Shown: in pieces, positions 44,246 to 53,201 of the stretch
Layout: each line of letters starts with the position of its first letter
Position numbering within the stretch: position 1 is the first letter of the stretch
Assembly (NCBI GenBank): GCA_040905425.1
Contig: JBBDRO010000007.1
Coordinates: 1 to 62,048 of the forward strand
DNA length: 62,048 nucleotides
Origin: Gemmatimonadota bacterium
GTDB taxonomy: Bacteria; Gemmatimonadota; Gemmatimonadetes; Longimicrobiales; RSA9
Direction: 5' to 3'
The notes under the pieces: model-generated
What the model was told of the DNA's origin: nothing
Databases searched by the model: none
Seen by the model: only the letters and a program-made list of their open reading frames with translations
Program-made: the position numbers and the translations under genes

Positions 44246-44572
44246 GGGTCCACTCCCTCACAGGCGAAGCCGCTCCGCGGACGGAGCACCGCGTCATCGT
44301 CTCGAGGGCCAACCAACAGATACTGATCCCGTCACGATCCCCTTGCATTTCGGGGGGGACCGCGCAGCGGGTAAGCGCTTGGAGGCCACGGCCTCCGTTG
44401 TGGTAGTGAAGTCTCAGCAGGACTGAGTTTCGACCAACGCGCGTCCAACGCGAGTCTGACTTTCAGGATCCGACCGTCAGGGCCGGTGCCGCAGGGAACC
44501 TGCGTGCCTGCACCCCGAACGTGAAGATCCGGGGAGCCGACCGCCGGGGCGCGGCCGCTTACCCCGAGGGTT

Positions 44573-46780
44573 ATGTATCGCGAGCTTTACGTTCCCGTCG
44601 ACAATTCGAGCCTGTCCCACGCCGCCGTGGAGCGCGCCATCGAGCTGGCCAGCAGCTCGGGCGGCACCATCACGGCCAGCCACGTGTACGCGGCCCGGCT
44701 GCACGACGTGCGCTTCCGGCAGCTCGAAACCGGCCTCCCCGCACGCTTCCAGACACCCGACGAGATCAAGCGCCAGCGCAAGATCCACGACAAGCTGATC
44801 GAGAAGGGGCTGCAGCTCATTTCGGACTCCTTCCTGGACACCACGTCGCGCCGCTGCGTGGAGGCCGGCGTGTCGGTACGGCGCCAGCTCCTGGAGGGCA
44901 TCAACTACGAGGAGATTGCCCGCGAGGTGAACGGCGGGGAGGGCCGGCTGCCCAGCCTCATCGGCTTCGACCCCAACATCGCCGACAAGTACGATGGCGG
45001 GGACCGGGTGCGCGGCGACGTGCAGATCGGGGAGAACGGCCGCCTCATCGCCGAGGACGAGGAGCAGGAGGAGCGGCTGGCGGGCAGCAGCGGGCGCAGC
45101 TACGACCTGCTCTGCATCGGCGCCCACGGCATCGGCCGCCAGCCCTATTCCCAGCTCGGCGGCGTGGCCTCGCGGGTGCTGCGGAGCGTGGCCCGGGACG
45201 TCCTGCTCGTGCGCGAGGAGGAGCGCCCGCTCAAGGGCGGTGACTGGATCGTCTGCATCGACGGCTCCGCGTACTCCTACAAGGCGCTCCGCATAGCCCT
45301 CGAGATGGCCGCCGAGTACGGCGCCACGCTGCACGTCTGCTCCGCCTTCGACGTGGAGTACCACCACGTGGTCTTCGGCAACATCAAGGACGTGCTCTCC
45401 GTGCAGGCCTCCAAGGTGTTCAAGTTCGAGGAGCAGGAGGAGCTGCACAACAACATCATCGACAAGGGGCTGCTCAAGCTCTGCCAGGCCAACCTGAAGC
45501 GCGCCGAGGTGATGGCCTCCGAGCACCCCGACGTGGAGGTGAAGACGCAGATCCTGGTGGGCAAACCCTTCCAGTGCATCATGCAGTGGATCGAGGAACT
45601 GGAGCCCTCGCTGCTCGTGCTGGCGCGCCACGGCAGCCACCGCATCGAGGGCACCGAGATGGGCTCGCAGGCGGAGAACCTGTGCCGCCTGGCACCGTGC
45701 AGCGTGCTCCTGGTGGGCACCAGGGACGTGCGTCCCGAGGAGATCCCCTGGATCGAGGAGGACGGGTTCGCCGGGTTGGAATGGGCGCCGGAAGCCGAGG
45801 TGCGTATCCTCCGGGTGCCGCCCTTCGCACTGGGCATCGCGCGCCGCGCCGTGGAGGAGTTCGTCCTGGACAACTACGGGCCGGGGGCCAGCGGGACCTA
45901 CACCGAACCCGGTCGTGAGCACGGCTTCAAAGCGACGTCCCCTGAGCCCGCGTCCGGCGCCGCCAACGGGGCCGGTGCCGCGTCCTCCGCCGGCAACGGC
46001 AACGGGGCCGCCGCGGCCCACACGGACGGCGCGGCCGCCCAGGCTGGCGCCGCGCACGACACGGGCAACGGCAACGGCGCCGTTGCCCCGGTGCCGCTGC
46101 CCACGGTGACCAACGAGCGCCTGGACGAGGCCATTGCCAAGCTGCTCCCCACGCACATGCAGCTCATCATGGGCATCGGCACCGCCGAGGAGCTGGCGCT
46201 GGCCGAGAGCAAGGCCGAGCAGGCCATGGCGCGCACCGTGGTGGAGGGCAGCGACGCCGATGCCGAGCCGGCCACCCCCACCGTCACCACGAAGTGCCCC
46301 TACACCGGCCACGTGCAGACGCGCGAACGTACCGCCGCGGACCCGGTGGTGTGGACGGCGGAGGCGTTCGCCCGGCTGCGCGCCGTGCCGCTCATTGCCC
46401 GGCCGCTGGCCCGCAACACGGTGGAGCGCTTCGGCCGGGAGCACGGCTTCTGGCGCGTCACCACCGCCGTCATGGATGAGAACAAGCAGGCCATGATGGA
46501 GGCCGACGAGTTCGACATGGACACCATGGTGGTCATGTTCCGCGAGCTGCAGACCAAGCAGCTGCGCGCCGAGGCGGAGGGCGTGGACGGCCTGACCCCC
46601 GAGATGCGCCGCTTCATCGAGGAGGCCAAGGCCTCCGGCGTCACCCGCTGCCCCATCCGCGACGTGGTGGAGCAGGCGGACGCCTGCCCGGTGGACCTGA
46701 AGACCGTGTCCCCCGCCGACGCCAGGGCCGCCATGGAGCGCTTCATGGCCGATGAGCAGGAGGCGGGCGCCGGTGACTGA
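44573..46780 (+). CDS. Tandem universal stress protein with two PCP_red domains and three Cys-Pro motifs
   Basis: USP1 YVPVDNS..YDLLCIGAHG..GGVASRVLR; USP2 VCIDGS..MGSQAENLCR; PCP_red at W404 and W594. Confidence 0.85.
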   Translation: MYRELYVPVDNSSLSHAAVERAIELASSSGGTITASHVYAARLHDVRFRQLETGLPARFQTPDEIKRQRKIHDKLIEKGLQLISDSFLDTTSRRCVEAGVSVRRQLLEGINYEEIAREVNGGEGRLPSLIGFDPNIADKYDGGDRVRGDVQIGENGRLIAEDEEQEERLAGSSGRSYDLLCIGAHGIGRQPYSQLGGVASRVLRSVARDVLLVREEERPLKGGDWIVCIDGSAYSYKALRIALEMAAEYGATLHVCSAFDVEYHHVVFGNIKDVLSVQASKVFKFEEQEELHNNIIDKGLLKLCQANLKRAEVMASEHPDVEVKTQILVGKPFQCIMQWIEELEPSLLVLARHGSHRIEGTEMGSQAENLCRLAPCSVLLVGTRDVRPEEIPWIEEDGFAGLEWAPEAEVRILRVPPFALGIARRAVEEFVLDNYGPGASGTYTEPGREHGFKATSPEPASGAANGAGAASSAGNGNGAAAAHTDGAAAQAGAAHDTGNGNGAVAPVPLPTVTNERLDEAIAKLLPTHMQLIMGIGTAEELALAESKAEQAMARTVVEGSDADAEPATPTVTTKCPYTGHVQTRERTAADPVVWTAEAFARLRAVPLIARPLARNTVERFGREHGFWRVTTAVMDENKQAMMEADEFDMDTMVVMFRELQTKQLRAEAEGVDGLTPEMRRFIEEAKASGVTRCPIRDVVEQADACPVDLKTVSPADARAAMERFMADEQEAGAGD

Positions 46781-48110
46781 GGCCGTGACGCCAGAGCATC
46801 TGCCCCATGTGGTGGCGTGGAACCTCACGCGCCGCTGCAACCTGGCCTGCGCCCACTGCTACATCTCCGCAGGCTCGTGGCAGGGCACCGGCACGGACCT
46901 CACCACGGCCGAGGTGCGGCGCATCATGGACGAGATCCTGGCCATGGCCGGCGCGCCGCTCTTCATCCTCTCCGGGGGCGAGCCGCTGCTGCGCGCCGAT
47001 CTGGAAGCCATTGCCGAGCACGCCACCGCCGGCGGCGCCACCGTGGTGGTGGGTACCAACGGGACGCTGCTCAGCGCCGAGCGCATCGGCTCTCTCCGTT
47101 CGGCGGGCGTGCAGGGCGTGGCCGTGAGCGTGGATTCGCTCAACGAGCGCTACCACGACCGCTTCCGCCATGGCGACGGTGCGCTGGCCGACACGCTGGC
47201 GGCGGTGGATCGGCTGGCCGAGGGGGAACTGGATCTGGTGGTGCAGACCACCATCACGCGCGGCAACCGGGCCGAGCTGCCCGCGCTGGCCGCGTGGGCC
47301 GCCGAGCGGGGCGCCGTCTCCCTGAACATCTACTTCCTGGTAGCCACCGGGCGCGCGGCCGGCATGGACGGCCTGGCGCCGGCGGAGAACGAAGCGGTGC
47401 TGGAGGAGATCCTGGCGCTGGAGCGCGCCTACCGCGGCCGCATGATGGTGCGCGCCAAGTGCCAGCCGCAGCTCATGCGCCTGGCCTACGCCGCGCGTGA
47501 GACCGCCGAGGACGCCGTCTCGCCGCTGCTCAACTACGCCACCCGCTGCCCCTGCGGCGTGCACTACTGCCGGGTCACGCCCGAGGGGAAGCTCACGCCC
47601 TGCCCCTACACGCCGGTGGAGGCGGGCGACCTGCGGAGCCAGTCCTTTGCCGACGTCTGGAAGCGCTCGCCGGTGCTGGCGGCGTTGCGCGCCGGTGAGC
47701 TGGGCGGCCGCTGCGGGCGCTGTGAGTACCGGGAGGTGTGCGGCGGCTGCCGCGCCCGCGGGTTCGCGGTGGGGGGCGATCTGCTGGCCGAGGACCCGGC
47801 GTGCGTATACGAGCCGGCCGGCGGCCCGCCGGTGACGCCGGCGCGGACGCTGACCTACGGCGCCGCGCCGGCGGCGCCCACGCTGCCCTGGACCGACGAC
47901 GCCCGCGCCCGCATGGCGCGCGTGCCGGGCTTCGTACGCGCCGTGGTGAGTCAGCGCGTGGAGGGCTATGCGCGCGAGCGCGGCTATGCGTCGGTGACCC
48001 CGGATGTCCTGGATGAGGTGAGGCGCGAGATGCCCGTGGATTTCTCGAAGAAGCTGCCGTTCTTCCTGCGGCGCGCGGCCGCCGGGACCGGCCCGGGGGA
48101 GGACGCGTGA
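46773..48110 (+). CDS. Radical SAM/SPASM protein, AhbD/NirJ-like, with C-terminal PCP_red domain
   Basis: AGGAGG RBS/GTG; WNLTRRCNLACAHCY, SGGEPL, CPCG..PCPY, CGRC..CGGCRARG..EDPAC; tail WTDDARARMARVPGFVR. Confidence 0.88.
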   Translation: MTEAVTPEHLPHVVAWNLTRRCNLACAHCYISAGSWQGTGTDLTTAEVRRIMDEILAMAGAPLFILSGGEPLLRADLEAIAEHATAGGATVVVGTNGTLLSAERIGSLRSAGVQGVAVSVDSLNERYHDRFRHGDGALADTLAAVDRLAEGELDLVVQTTITRGNRAELPALAAWAAERGAVSLNIYFLVATGRAAGMDGLAPAENEAVLEEILALERAYRGRMMVRAKCQPQLMRLAYAARETAEDAVSPLLNYATRCPCGVHYCRVTPEGKLTPCPYTPVEAGDLRSQSFADVWKRSPVLAALRAGELGGRCGRCEYREVCGGCRARGFAVGGDLLAEDPACVYEPAGGPPVTPARTLTYGAAPAAPTLPWTDDARARMARVPGFVRAVVSQRVEGYARERGYASVTPDVLDEVRREMPVDFSKKLPFFLRRAAAGTGPGEDA

Positions 48111-49939
48111 CGATGATGCGCGGCAGGCGGCGGTGGCTCGCCGGGGAGCCGGCGCGGCCACGGAGGATGCGTTGGGCGGCGTGGCTGGCGGCAGCCCTCG
48201 TCGCTTGCATGGTGGAGCCGGCGGCGGCCCAGGAAGCCGCCCGTCAGTACGGCCATTTCCCGGGCATCGGCAGCCGTGCCGCGGTGTGGATCGCGGCGCA
48301 GCTCCACCTCATGTTCGCGGCCTTCGTGCTGGGCGTGCCCATGTTCGCCGTGGTGGTGGAGGCCATTGGCATTGCCAAGCAGGACAGCCGCTTCGACAAC
48401 CTGGCCAAGGAGTTCACCCGCCTGCTGGTGATTGCCTACAGCGCCACGGCCATCTGGGGCGCGGTGCTGGTCTTCCTGCTGACCACCCTCTATCCGGCCT
48501 TCTGGGGCCACCTGTCGGAGATCTTCGAAGTCTCCATGTGGATCTACGTGGGCCTCTTCTTCATCGAGTCCTTCACCCTCTACCTCTACTACTACGGCTG
48601 GGCGCGCTGGAAGAAGGGGCGCGCCAAGCTGGTGCATCTGGGGCTGGGCATCCTGCTCAACGTGTGGGGCACCACGGTGATGTTTATCGCGGACTCGTGG
48701 TTGAGCTACATGATGAGCCCGCCGGCCAATGTCACTCCGGACACCGCGCCGGGCATGGTGCAGCTGTGGAGCGCCATTGCCAACGCCACGTGGATGCCCA
48801 TCAACATCCACCGCCTCATAGCCAACGTGGTCTTCGGCGGCGCGGTGGTGGGCGGCTATGCCGCGTACCGCTTCCTGAACGCCAAGAGCAATGCCGAGCG
48901 CGCCCACTACGACTGGATGGGCTACATCGGCAACTTCATTGCCATCAGCGCGCTGCTCATCCTGCCCTTCGCGGGCTACTGGCTGGGGCGGGAGATCTAC
49001 GCCTACAACCAGTCCATGGGCATCACCATGATGGGTGGCTTCATGAGCTGGCTGTGGATCATCCAGGCCTTCCTCATCGGGGTGCTCTTCCTGGCTGCCA
49101 ACTACTACTTGTGGCTGGGGCTCGGCCGCATCCCGGGCGGTGAGCGCTTCGTGCCCTACACCAAGTGGATGCTGCTCGTGCTGGTGGTGGGCGTGGTGGT
49201 GTGGGCCACGCCGCACACCATGATCGCCGATCGGGACGAGCTGGTGGCCATGGGCGGCACGCACCACCCGTTCCTGGGGGTGCTGGGCGTCATGAGCGCC
49301 AAGAATACGGCGGTCAACCTGATGATCCTGACCACCTTCCTCTCCTTCCTTATGTACCGGCGGGCCAACAAGCGCCCGGTCGTGGCGTGGGCGCGCACCG
49401 GCACGGTGGCGCAGGCCACGGCGCTCCTGCTGGCGTCCGTGGTGGTGATCTTCTACGGCGTCTACGGCTACTTCGTCCCCGCCAACGTGCGCATCGGCTT
49501 CAGCGTGTACCAGGTGGCCGCCGTGCTGCTGGCCATCGTGGCGGTGGTGGTGCTGGACATGCTGCTCTCGCGGGGCGCCGAATCGCGCGGGGAGATCCGC
49601 TGGGGGGAGATGCCGGAGCGCGCCCAGTACGCCCTCCTGGTGCTGGTGGTGACCTTCACCTGGCTCATGGGGCTCATGGGCTTCGCGCGCAGCGGCATCC
49701 GCCAGCACTGGCACATCTGGGAGGTCATGCGGGACACCAGCGAGTGGGCGGCTACCCCCGCGCTGGGCTACGCCGGCACCGTGATCAGCGCGTGCGTCCT
49801 GCTCTTCCTGGGCATGATCGGTTTCATCTTCTGGCTGGGCAGTCTCATCGAGGAGCCGGCCTACGCCGAGGATCCCGCGCCTGGCCGCGAGGAGCCCCCA
49901 CCGCCCACGCTCGAGGCTGCGCTGGGAGGCACGCCATGA
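48107..49939 (+). CDS. Cytochrome bd subunit I (CydA)-like protein, atypical, no CydB
   Basis: QLHLMFAAFVLG (first heme His), FFIESFTLYLYYYGW, NIHRLIAN (second heme His), SGIRQHW at the GRQPW position; more than 12 TMs; no long Q-loop. Confidence 0.8.
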   Translation: MTMMRGRRRWLAGEPARPRRMRWAAWLAAALVACMVEPAAAQEAARQYGHFPGIGSRAAVWIAAQLHLMFAAFVLGVPMFAVVVEAIGIAKQDSRFDNLAKEFTRLLVIAYSATAIWGAVLVFLLTTLYPAFWGHLSEIFEVSMWIYVGLFFIESFTLYLYYYGWARWKKGRAKLVHLGLGILLNVWGTTVMFIADSWLSYMMSPPANVTPDTAPGMVQLWSAIANATWMPINIHRLIANVVFGGAVVGGYAAYRFLNAKSNAERAHYDWMGYIGNFIAISALLILPFAGYWLGREIYAYNQSMGITMMGGFMSWLWIIQAFLIGVLFLAANYYLWLGLGRIPGGERFVPYTKWMLLVLVVGVVVWATPHTMIADRDELVAMGGTHHPFLGVLGVMSAKNTAVNLMILTTFLSFLMYRRANKRPVVAWARTGTVAQATALLLASVVVIFYGVYGYFVPANVRIGFSVYQVAAVLLAIVAVVVLDMLLSRGAESRGEIRWGEMPERAQYALLVLVVTFTWLMGLMGFARSGIRQHWHIWEVMRDTSEWAATPALGYAGTVISACVLLFLGMIGFIFWLGSLIEEPAYAEDPAPGREEPPPPTLEAALGGTP

Positions 49940-50727
49940 CCAACCTCAAGATCTTCGCGGTGGTGGTGGGCACCATCCTGCTCTACGCGGCGCTGGCCAA
50001 CGCCATCCCACAGGTGCAGTCCGCCGTCCCGCAGGAGCTGGTCCTGGCGGGCGACGTGACGCCCGAGCAGCTCGTGGCCGCCGGCGAAGACCTGTTCAAC
50101 GGCGCCGGCGGCTGTACCGCCTGTCACGGCCTGGGCGCGCGTGCGCCCAACCTGATCGGCGACGAGGCGGGCACGGGCCCCATCGGCGTGCGCTGCGCCG
50201 AGCGTGTGCCGGCCACGGATTGCCGGAGCTACCTGTGGGAGTCCATGACGGATCCCAGCGCTTACGTGGTGGAGGGCTACGACCCCATCATGCCCGACGC
50301 GCGCCGCACCCTCTCCGAGCCGCAGATCTGGACGCTCGTGGCCTTCCTGCAGAACCAGGGCGGCACGGTGTCGGTGACCGCGGAGGACGTGGCGGTGGAG
50401 GAGGAGGCCGCGGCCGGCGGCGCGGCGGGCGGGGGCGGCGCTCCGGCCCTGGCCGGCGGCAGCACGGATCCGGAGGAGCTGCTCCAGGCGGCCACCTGCC
50501 TGGTGTGCCACCAGCTCGGTGATCAGGGCGCCGCCATCGGACCGCCCTTCGACGGCATGGGCGCCCGCCTGGACGCGGACGCCATCCGGCGCGGCATCCT
50601 CCTGCCCAACGCGGACACCGCGGCCGGCTTCGCCGCCATGGCGGGGACCATGCCCGCCACCTTCGGCGAGCAGCTGAACGCCACGCAGCTCGAGTCCATC
50701 GTGCAGTACCTGGCGGGGCTGCGGTGA
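49936..50727 (+). CDS. Membrane-anchored diheme cytochrome c
   Basis: CTACH..IMP and CLVCH..TMP; N-terminal TM; GGAGG RBS, ATGA overlap. Confidence 0.9.
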   Translation: MTNLKIFAVVVGTILLYAALANAIPQVQSAVPQELVLAGDVTPEQLVAAGEDLFNGAGGCTACHGLGARAPNLIGDEAGTGPIGVRCAERVPATDCRSYLWESMTDPSAYVVEGYDPIMPDARRTLSEPQIWTLVAFLQNQGGTVSVTAEDVAVEEEAAAGGAAGGGGAPALAGGSTDPEELLQAATCLVCHQLGDQGAAIGPPFDGMGARLDADAIRRGILLPNADTAAGFAAMAGTMPATFGEQLNATQLESIVQYLAGLR

Positions 50728-50773
50728 GACCGCACGGCGCGTACCGCTCACCCGCCGCACGGAGGCGCGGATC

Positions 50774-51571
50774 ATGAGCCGTCTCAGGCATCCCTTCTGG
50801 CAGACGGTCCTGCTGCTCGTGGCCGCCTACGTCCTCATCCGCTTCGGCATTGCCTACCTGCCGCAGGTGGTGGGCATGCGCAGCGCCCCGGTGCCGAGCA
50901 GCGTGGTGCTGCAGTACATGGCCACGGTGCTGGTGGGGTTGATCCTCTACGTGAGCGCGGACGCACAGCGCTGGCGGCGCTTTCGTGAGCCCATCCACGC
51001 GGCGCTCGTGGAGCCGGACAAGCGCATGGTGCGCATGGCGCTCCTGGTGGCGGTACCGCTGCTGGTGGGCTTCCTCACCTACGACAGCGTGCGTCCCACC
51101 GTGGCGGCGCCCGCGTCGCTGCGCTCCATCCACCCGGCGCCGCCGACCCAGATCACCGTCCGGGGGCGCACCGTGGCGCTGGCCGGCCTGGAGAACCCGC
51201 TGCGCTCCACGGGCTCGATGGAGGAGCACTACGAGGAGGGCAAGCGCGTCTACTACCAGAACTGCCTGCCCTGCCACGGGGACTATCTGGACGGGCAGGG
51301 CCACTATGCGCCCGCCTTCAACCCCGCGCCGCTCTCCTTCCAGGACAACGGCACCATCGCGCAGCTCTCCGAGAGCTTCGTGTTCTGGCGGGTGGTGAAG
51401 GGCGGGCCCGGCCTGCCGGCCGAGGGCGGTCCTGCCAATTCCGCCATGCCGGCCTGGGAGGACATCCTCACCGAGGAGGAGATCTGGGCCGTGATCCTCT
51501 TCCTCTACGAGCAGACGCCGTGGGACCCGCGCGTCATGGAGGTCCACGGGGCCGCCGAGGGGGAGCATTGA
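50774..51571 (+). CDS. 3-TM monoheme cytochrome c
   Basis: Three N-terminal TMs, CLPCHG, SAMPAW distal Met. Confidence 0.9.
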   Translation: MSRLRHPFWQTVLLLVAAYVLIRFGIAYLPQVVGMRSAPVPSSVVLQYMATVLVGLILYVSADAQRWRRFREPIHAALVEPDKRMVRMALLVAVPLLVGFLTYDSVRPTVAAPASLRSIHPAPPTQITVRGRTVALAGLENPLRSTGSMEEHYEEGKRVYYQNCLPCHGDYLDGQGHYAPAFNPAPLSFQDNGTIAQLSESFVFWRVVKGGPGLPAEGGPANSAMPAWEDILTEEEIWAVILFLYEQTPWDPRVMEVHGAAEGEH

Positions 51572-53163
51572 GCGGGCGCGGCGGACGGAGCGGGCGCGCC
51601 TCGAGGGTGCGCATGGGCCGCGTGGCCGGCATGGCTACCGTCGCTTGCTTGCTGGGCGTGGGGCCGCTGGTGGCGCAGCAGGAGGGCCATCCCGGTAAAC
51701 CGGTCTACGACAGATGGTGCGCGGGCTGCCACGGCGTGGACGGTCAGGGCCAGGGGCCGGCCGCCGCCTACATGCTGCCGCGGCCGCGCGATTTCACGCA
51801 GGCACTCTACCAGATCCGCACCACGGCGAGCGGCTCCATCCCCACGGACGCTGACATCCGTAAGATCATCGACGAAGGGATGCCGGGCACCGCCATGCCG
51901 GGCTGGGAGGAGGCGCTGAGCAGCGCGGAGCGGGATGCGCTGGTGGATTACCTGAAGACCTTCTCCCGCTACTTCGAGACGGACGAGCCGCGGGTGCTCG
52001 AATTCGGCGGCGCGCCCGGGGTGAGTGACGAACTGCTGGAGGCGGGCAGAGAGGCCTACCAGACGCTGGAGTGCTTCAAGTGCCACGGCCAGGCCGGCCG
52101 CGGTGACGGCGCGTCGGCCCCCACGCAGGCGGACGCCGACGACTTCCCGGTGCGGCCCGCGGACCTCACGCAGCCCTGGCTCTTCAGCGGCGGTGCTTCG
52201 GTGGAGGAGATCTACCGGCGCTTCCTCACCGGTCTGGACGGCACCCCCATGCCGTCCTACGCCGATGTGCTGGAAGCGGGTGTGGTGACAGAGGAACAGC
52301 TCTGGGGGCTGGCCCACTACGTTCGTGCGCTGGGCGGTGACGCGCCCCGCGTACGTGAGGTCGTGGCGGCCGCCCGGGTCGAGGACGTCCTGCCCACCGC
52401 CGCCGATGACGCGGCCTGGGAGGACGCGGAGCGCTTCTGGATCCCGCTGGCCGGGCAGATCATCGAGGAGCCGCGCTGGTTCGCGCCGGCCGTAACGGGG
52501 GTCTGGGTGCAGGCGCTGCACGATGGCCGGGAGCTGGCGCTGCGCGTGAGCTGGAACGATCGCTCGGAGAGCCCCGATCCCGAGTGGGCCGGCTGGCGCG
52601 ATCAGGTGAACGCCATCATGGCGCCCGGCGCGGGCGAGCAGGCCGGGGGCGAAGCGTCCGACGGCATGGCCGTCTGGTTCCCGCCGCCGGACGCGCGGGA
52701 CCGCCCCTACTTCCTCATGGGCAGCGAGCGCGCGCCGGTGCGCGTGTGGCACTGGGACAGCCGGAGCGGCGCGGTGGAGCGCCTCGGCCGCGGCCTCGGC
52801 AACCTCGAATCTTTGCCGGCTGACGAGGGCGCGCTACAGGGCCAGGCCGAATTCGATCAGGGTCGCTGGAGCGTGCTGCTGCGTCGTCCGTTGCTCGACG
52901 GTGACAGCGCGGCCGCCACCCTGATTCCCGCGGGCCAGCCGGTCCCCATGGCGTTCATGGTCTGGGATGGGGACAACGCCGAGGCCGGCACGCGCGGGGC
53001 GGTCAGCAGCTGGTACTACGTCCAACTCACGGAGCCCACGCCACCCACCGTGTACGCCCTGCCGGTGCTGGCCGTGCTCCTCACCGCCGCGCTGGGCCTG
53101 CTCGTGGTACGCCGGGCGCAGCGGCGCGTACGCACCCCGGCCGCGGCTCCGGCCGCGGCCTGA
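51568..53163 (+). CDS. Diheme cytochrome c fused to ethylbenzene-dehydrogenase-gamma-like (DOMON heme) domain, C-terminal TM
   Basis: CAGCHG..PRDFT..GTAMP; CFKCHG..GTPMP; LRVSWND, DGMAVWFP, PYFLMG, FMVWDG. Start uncertain (51568, 51613 or 51631). Confidence 0.82.
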   Translation: MSGRGGRSGRASRVRMGRVAGMATVACLLGVGPLVAQQEGHPGKPVYDRWCAGCHGVDGQGQGPAAAYMLPRPRDFTQALYQIRTTASGSIPTDADIRKIIDEGMPGTAMPGWEEALSSAERDALVDYLKTFSRYFETDEPRVLEFGGAPGVSDELLEAGREAYQTLECFKCHGQAGRGDGASAPTQADADDFPVRPADLTQPWLFSGGASVEEIYRRFLTGLDGTPMPSYADVLEAGVVTEEQLWGLAHYVRALGGDAPRVREVVAAARVEDVLPTAADDAAWEDAERFWIPLAGQIIEEPRWFAPAVTGVWVQALHDGRELALRVSWNDRSESPDPEWAGWRDQVNAIMAPGAGEQAGGEASDGMAVWFPPPDARDRPYFLMGSERAPVRVWHWDSRSGAVERLGRGLGNLESLPADEGALQGQAEFDQGRWSVLLRRPLLDGDSAAATLIPAGQPVPMAFMVWDGDNAEAGTRGAVSSWYYVQLTEPTPPTVYALPVLAVLLTAALGLLVVRRAQRRVRTPAAAPAAA

Positions 53164-53201
53164 TGGCTCACCATCTGAACCGAAACTCGAGTGGAGGCAG
53201 C

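Noticed and set aside
44256..44300. c-di-GMP-I riboswitch-like start (CACAGGCGAAGCC)
   Set aside because: No GNRA loop or GGGACGCAAAG segment.
44478..44550. Cobalamin riboswitch-like words (AGGGAA, CTGCACCCCG, GAGCC..GACC)
   Set aside because: Lacks the GGTG..AA.TCC T-loop and a proper B12 box; downstream genes are not B12-related.
41887..48110. PCP_red domains as evidence of phototrophy
   Set aside because: Only the small C-terminal domain is present; no bchL/N/B catalytic domains or puf genes in the window.
48107..48230. Tat signal (GRRRWL) on the CydA-like protein
   Set aside because: Hydrophobic region is far from the RR pair and the start codon is uncertain; cannot be supported.
48107..53163. 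Nitrite oxidation or anammox inferred from Nitrospira-like bd and EbdC-like genes
   Set aside because: No NxrA/NxrB, Hao or Hzs in the window; similarity of accessory modules is not evidence of the metabolism.
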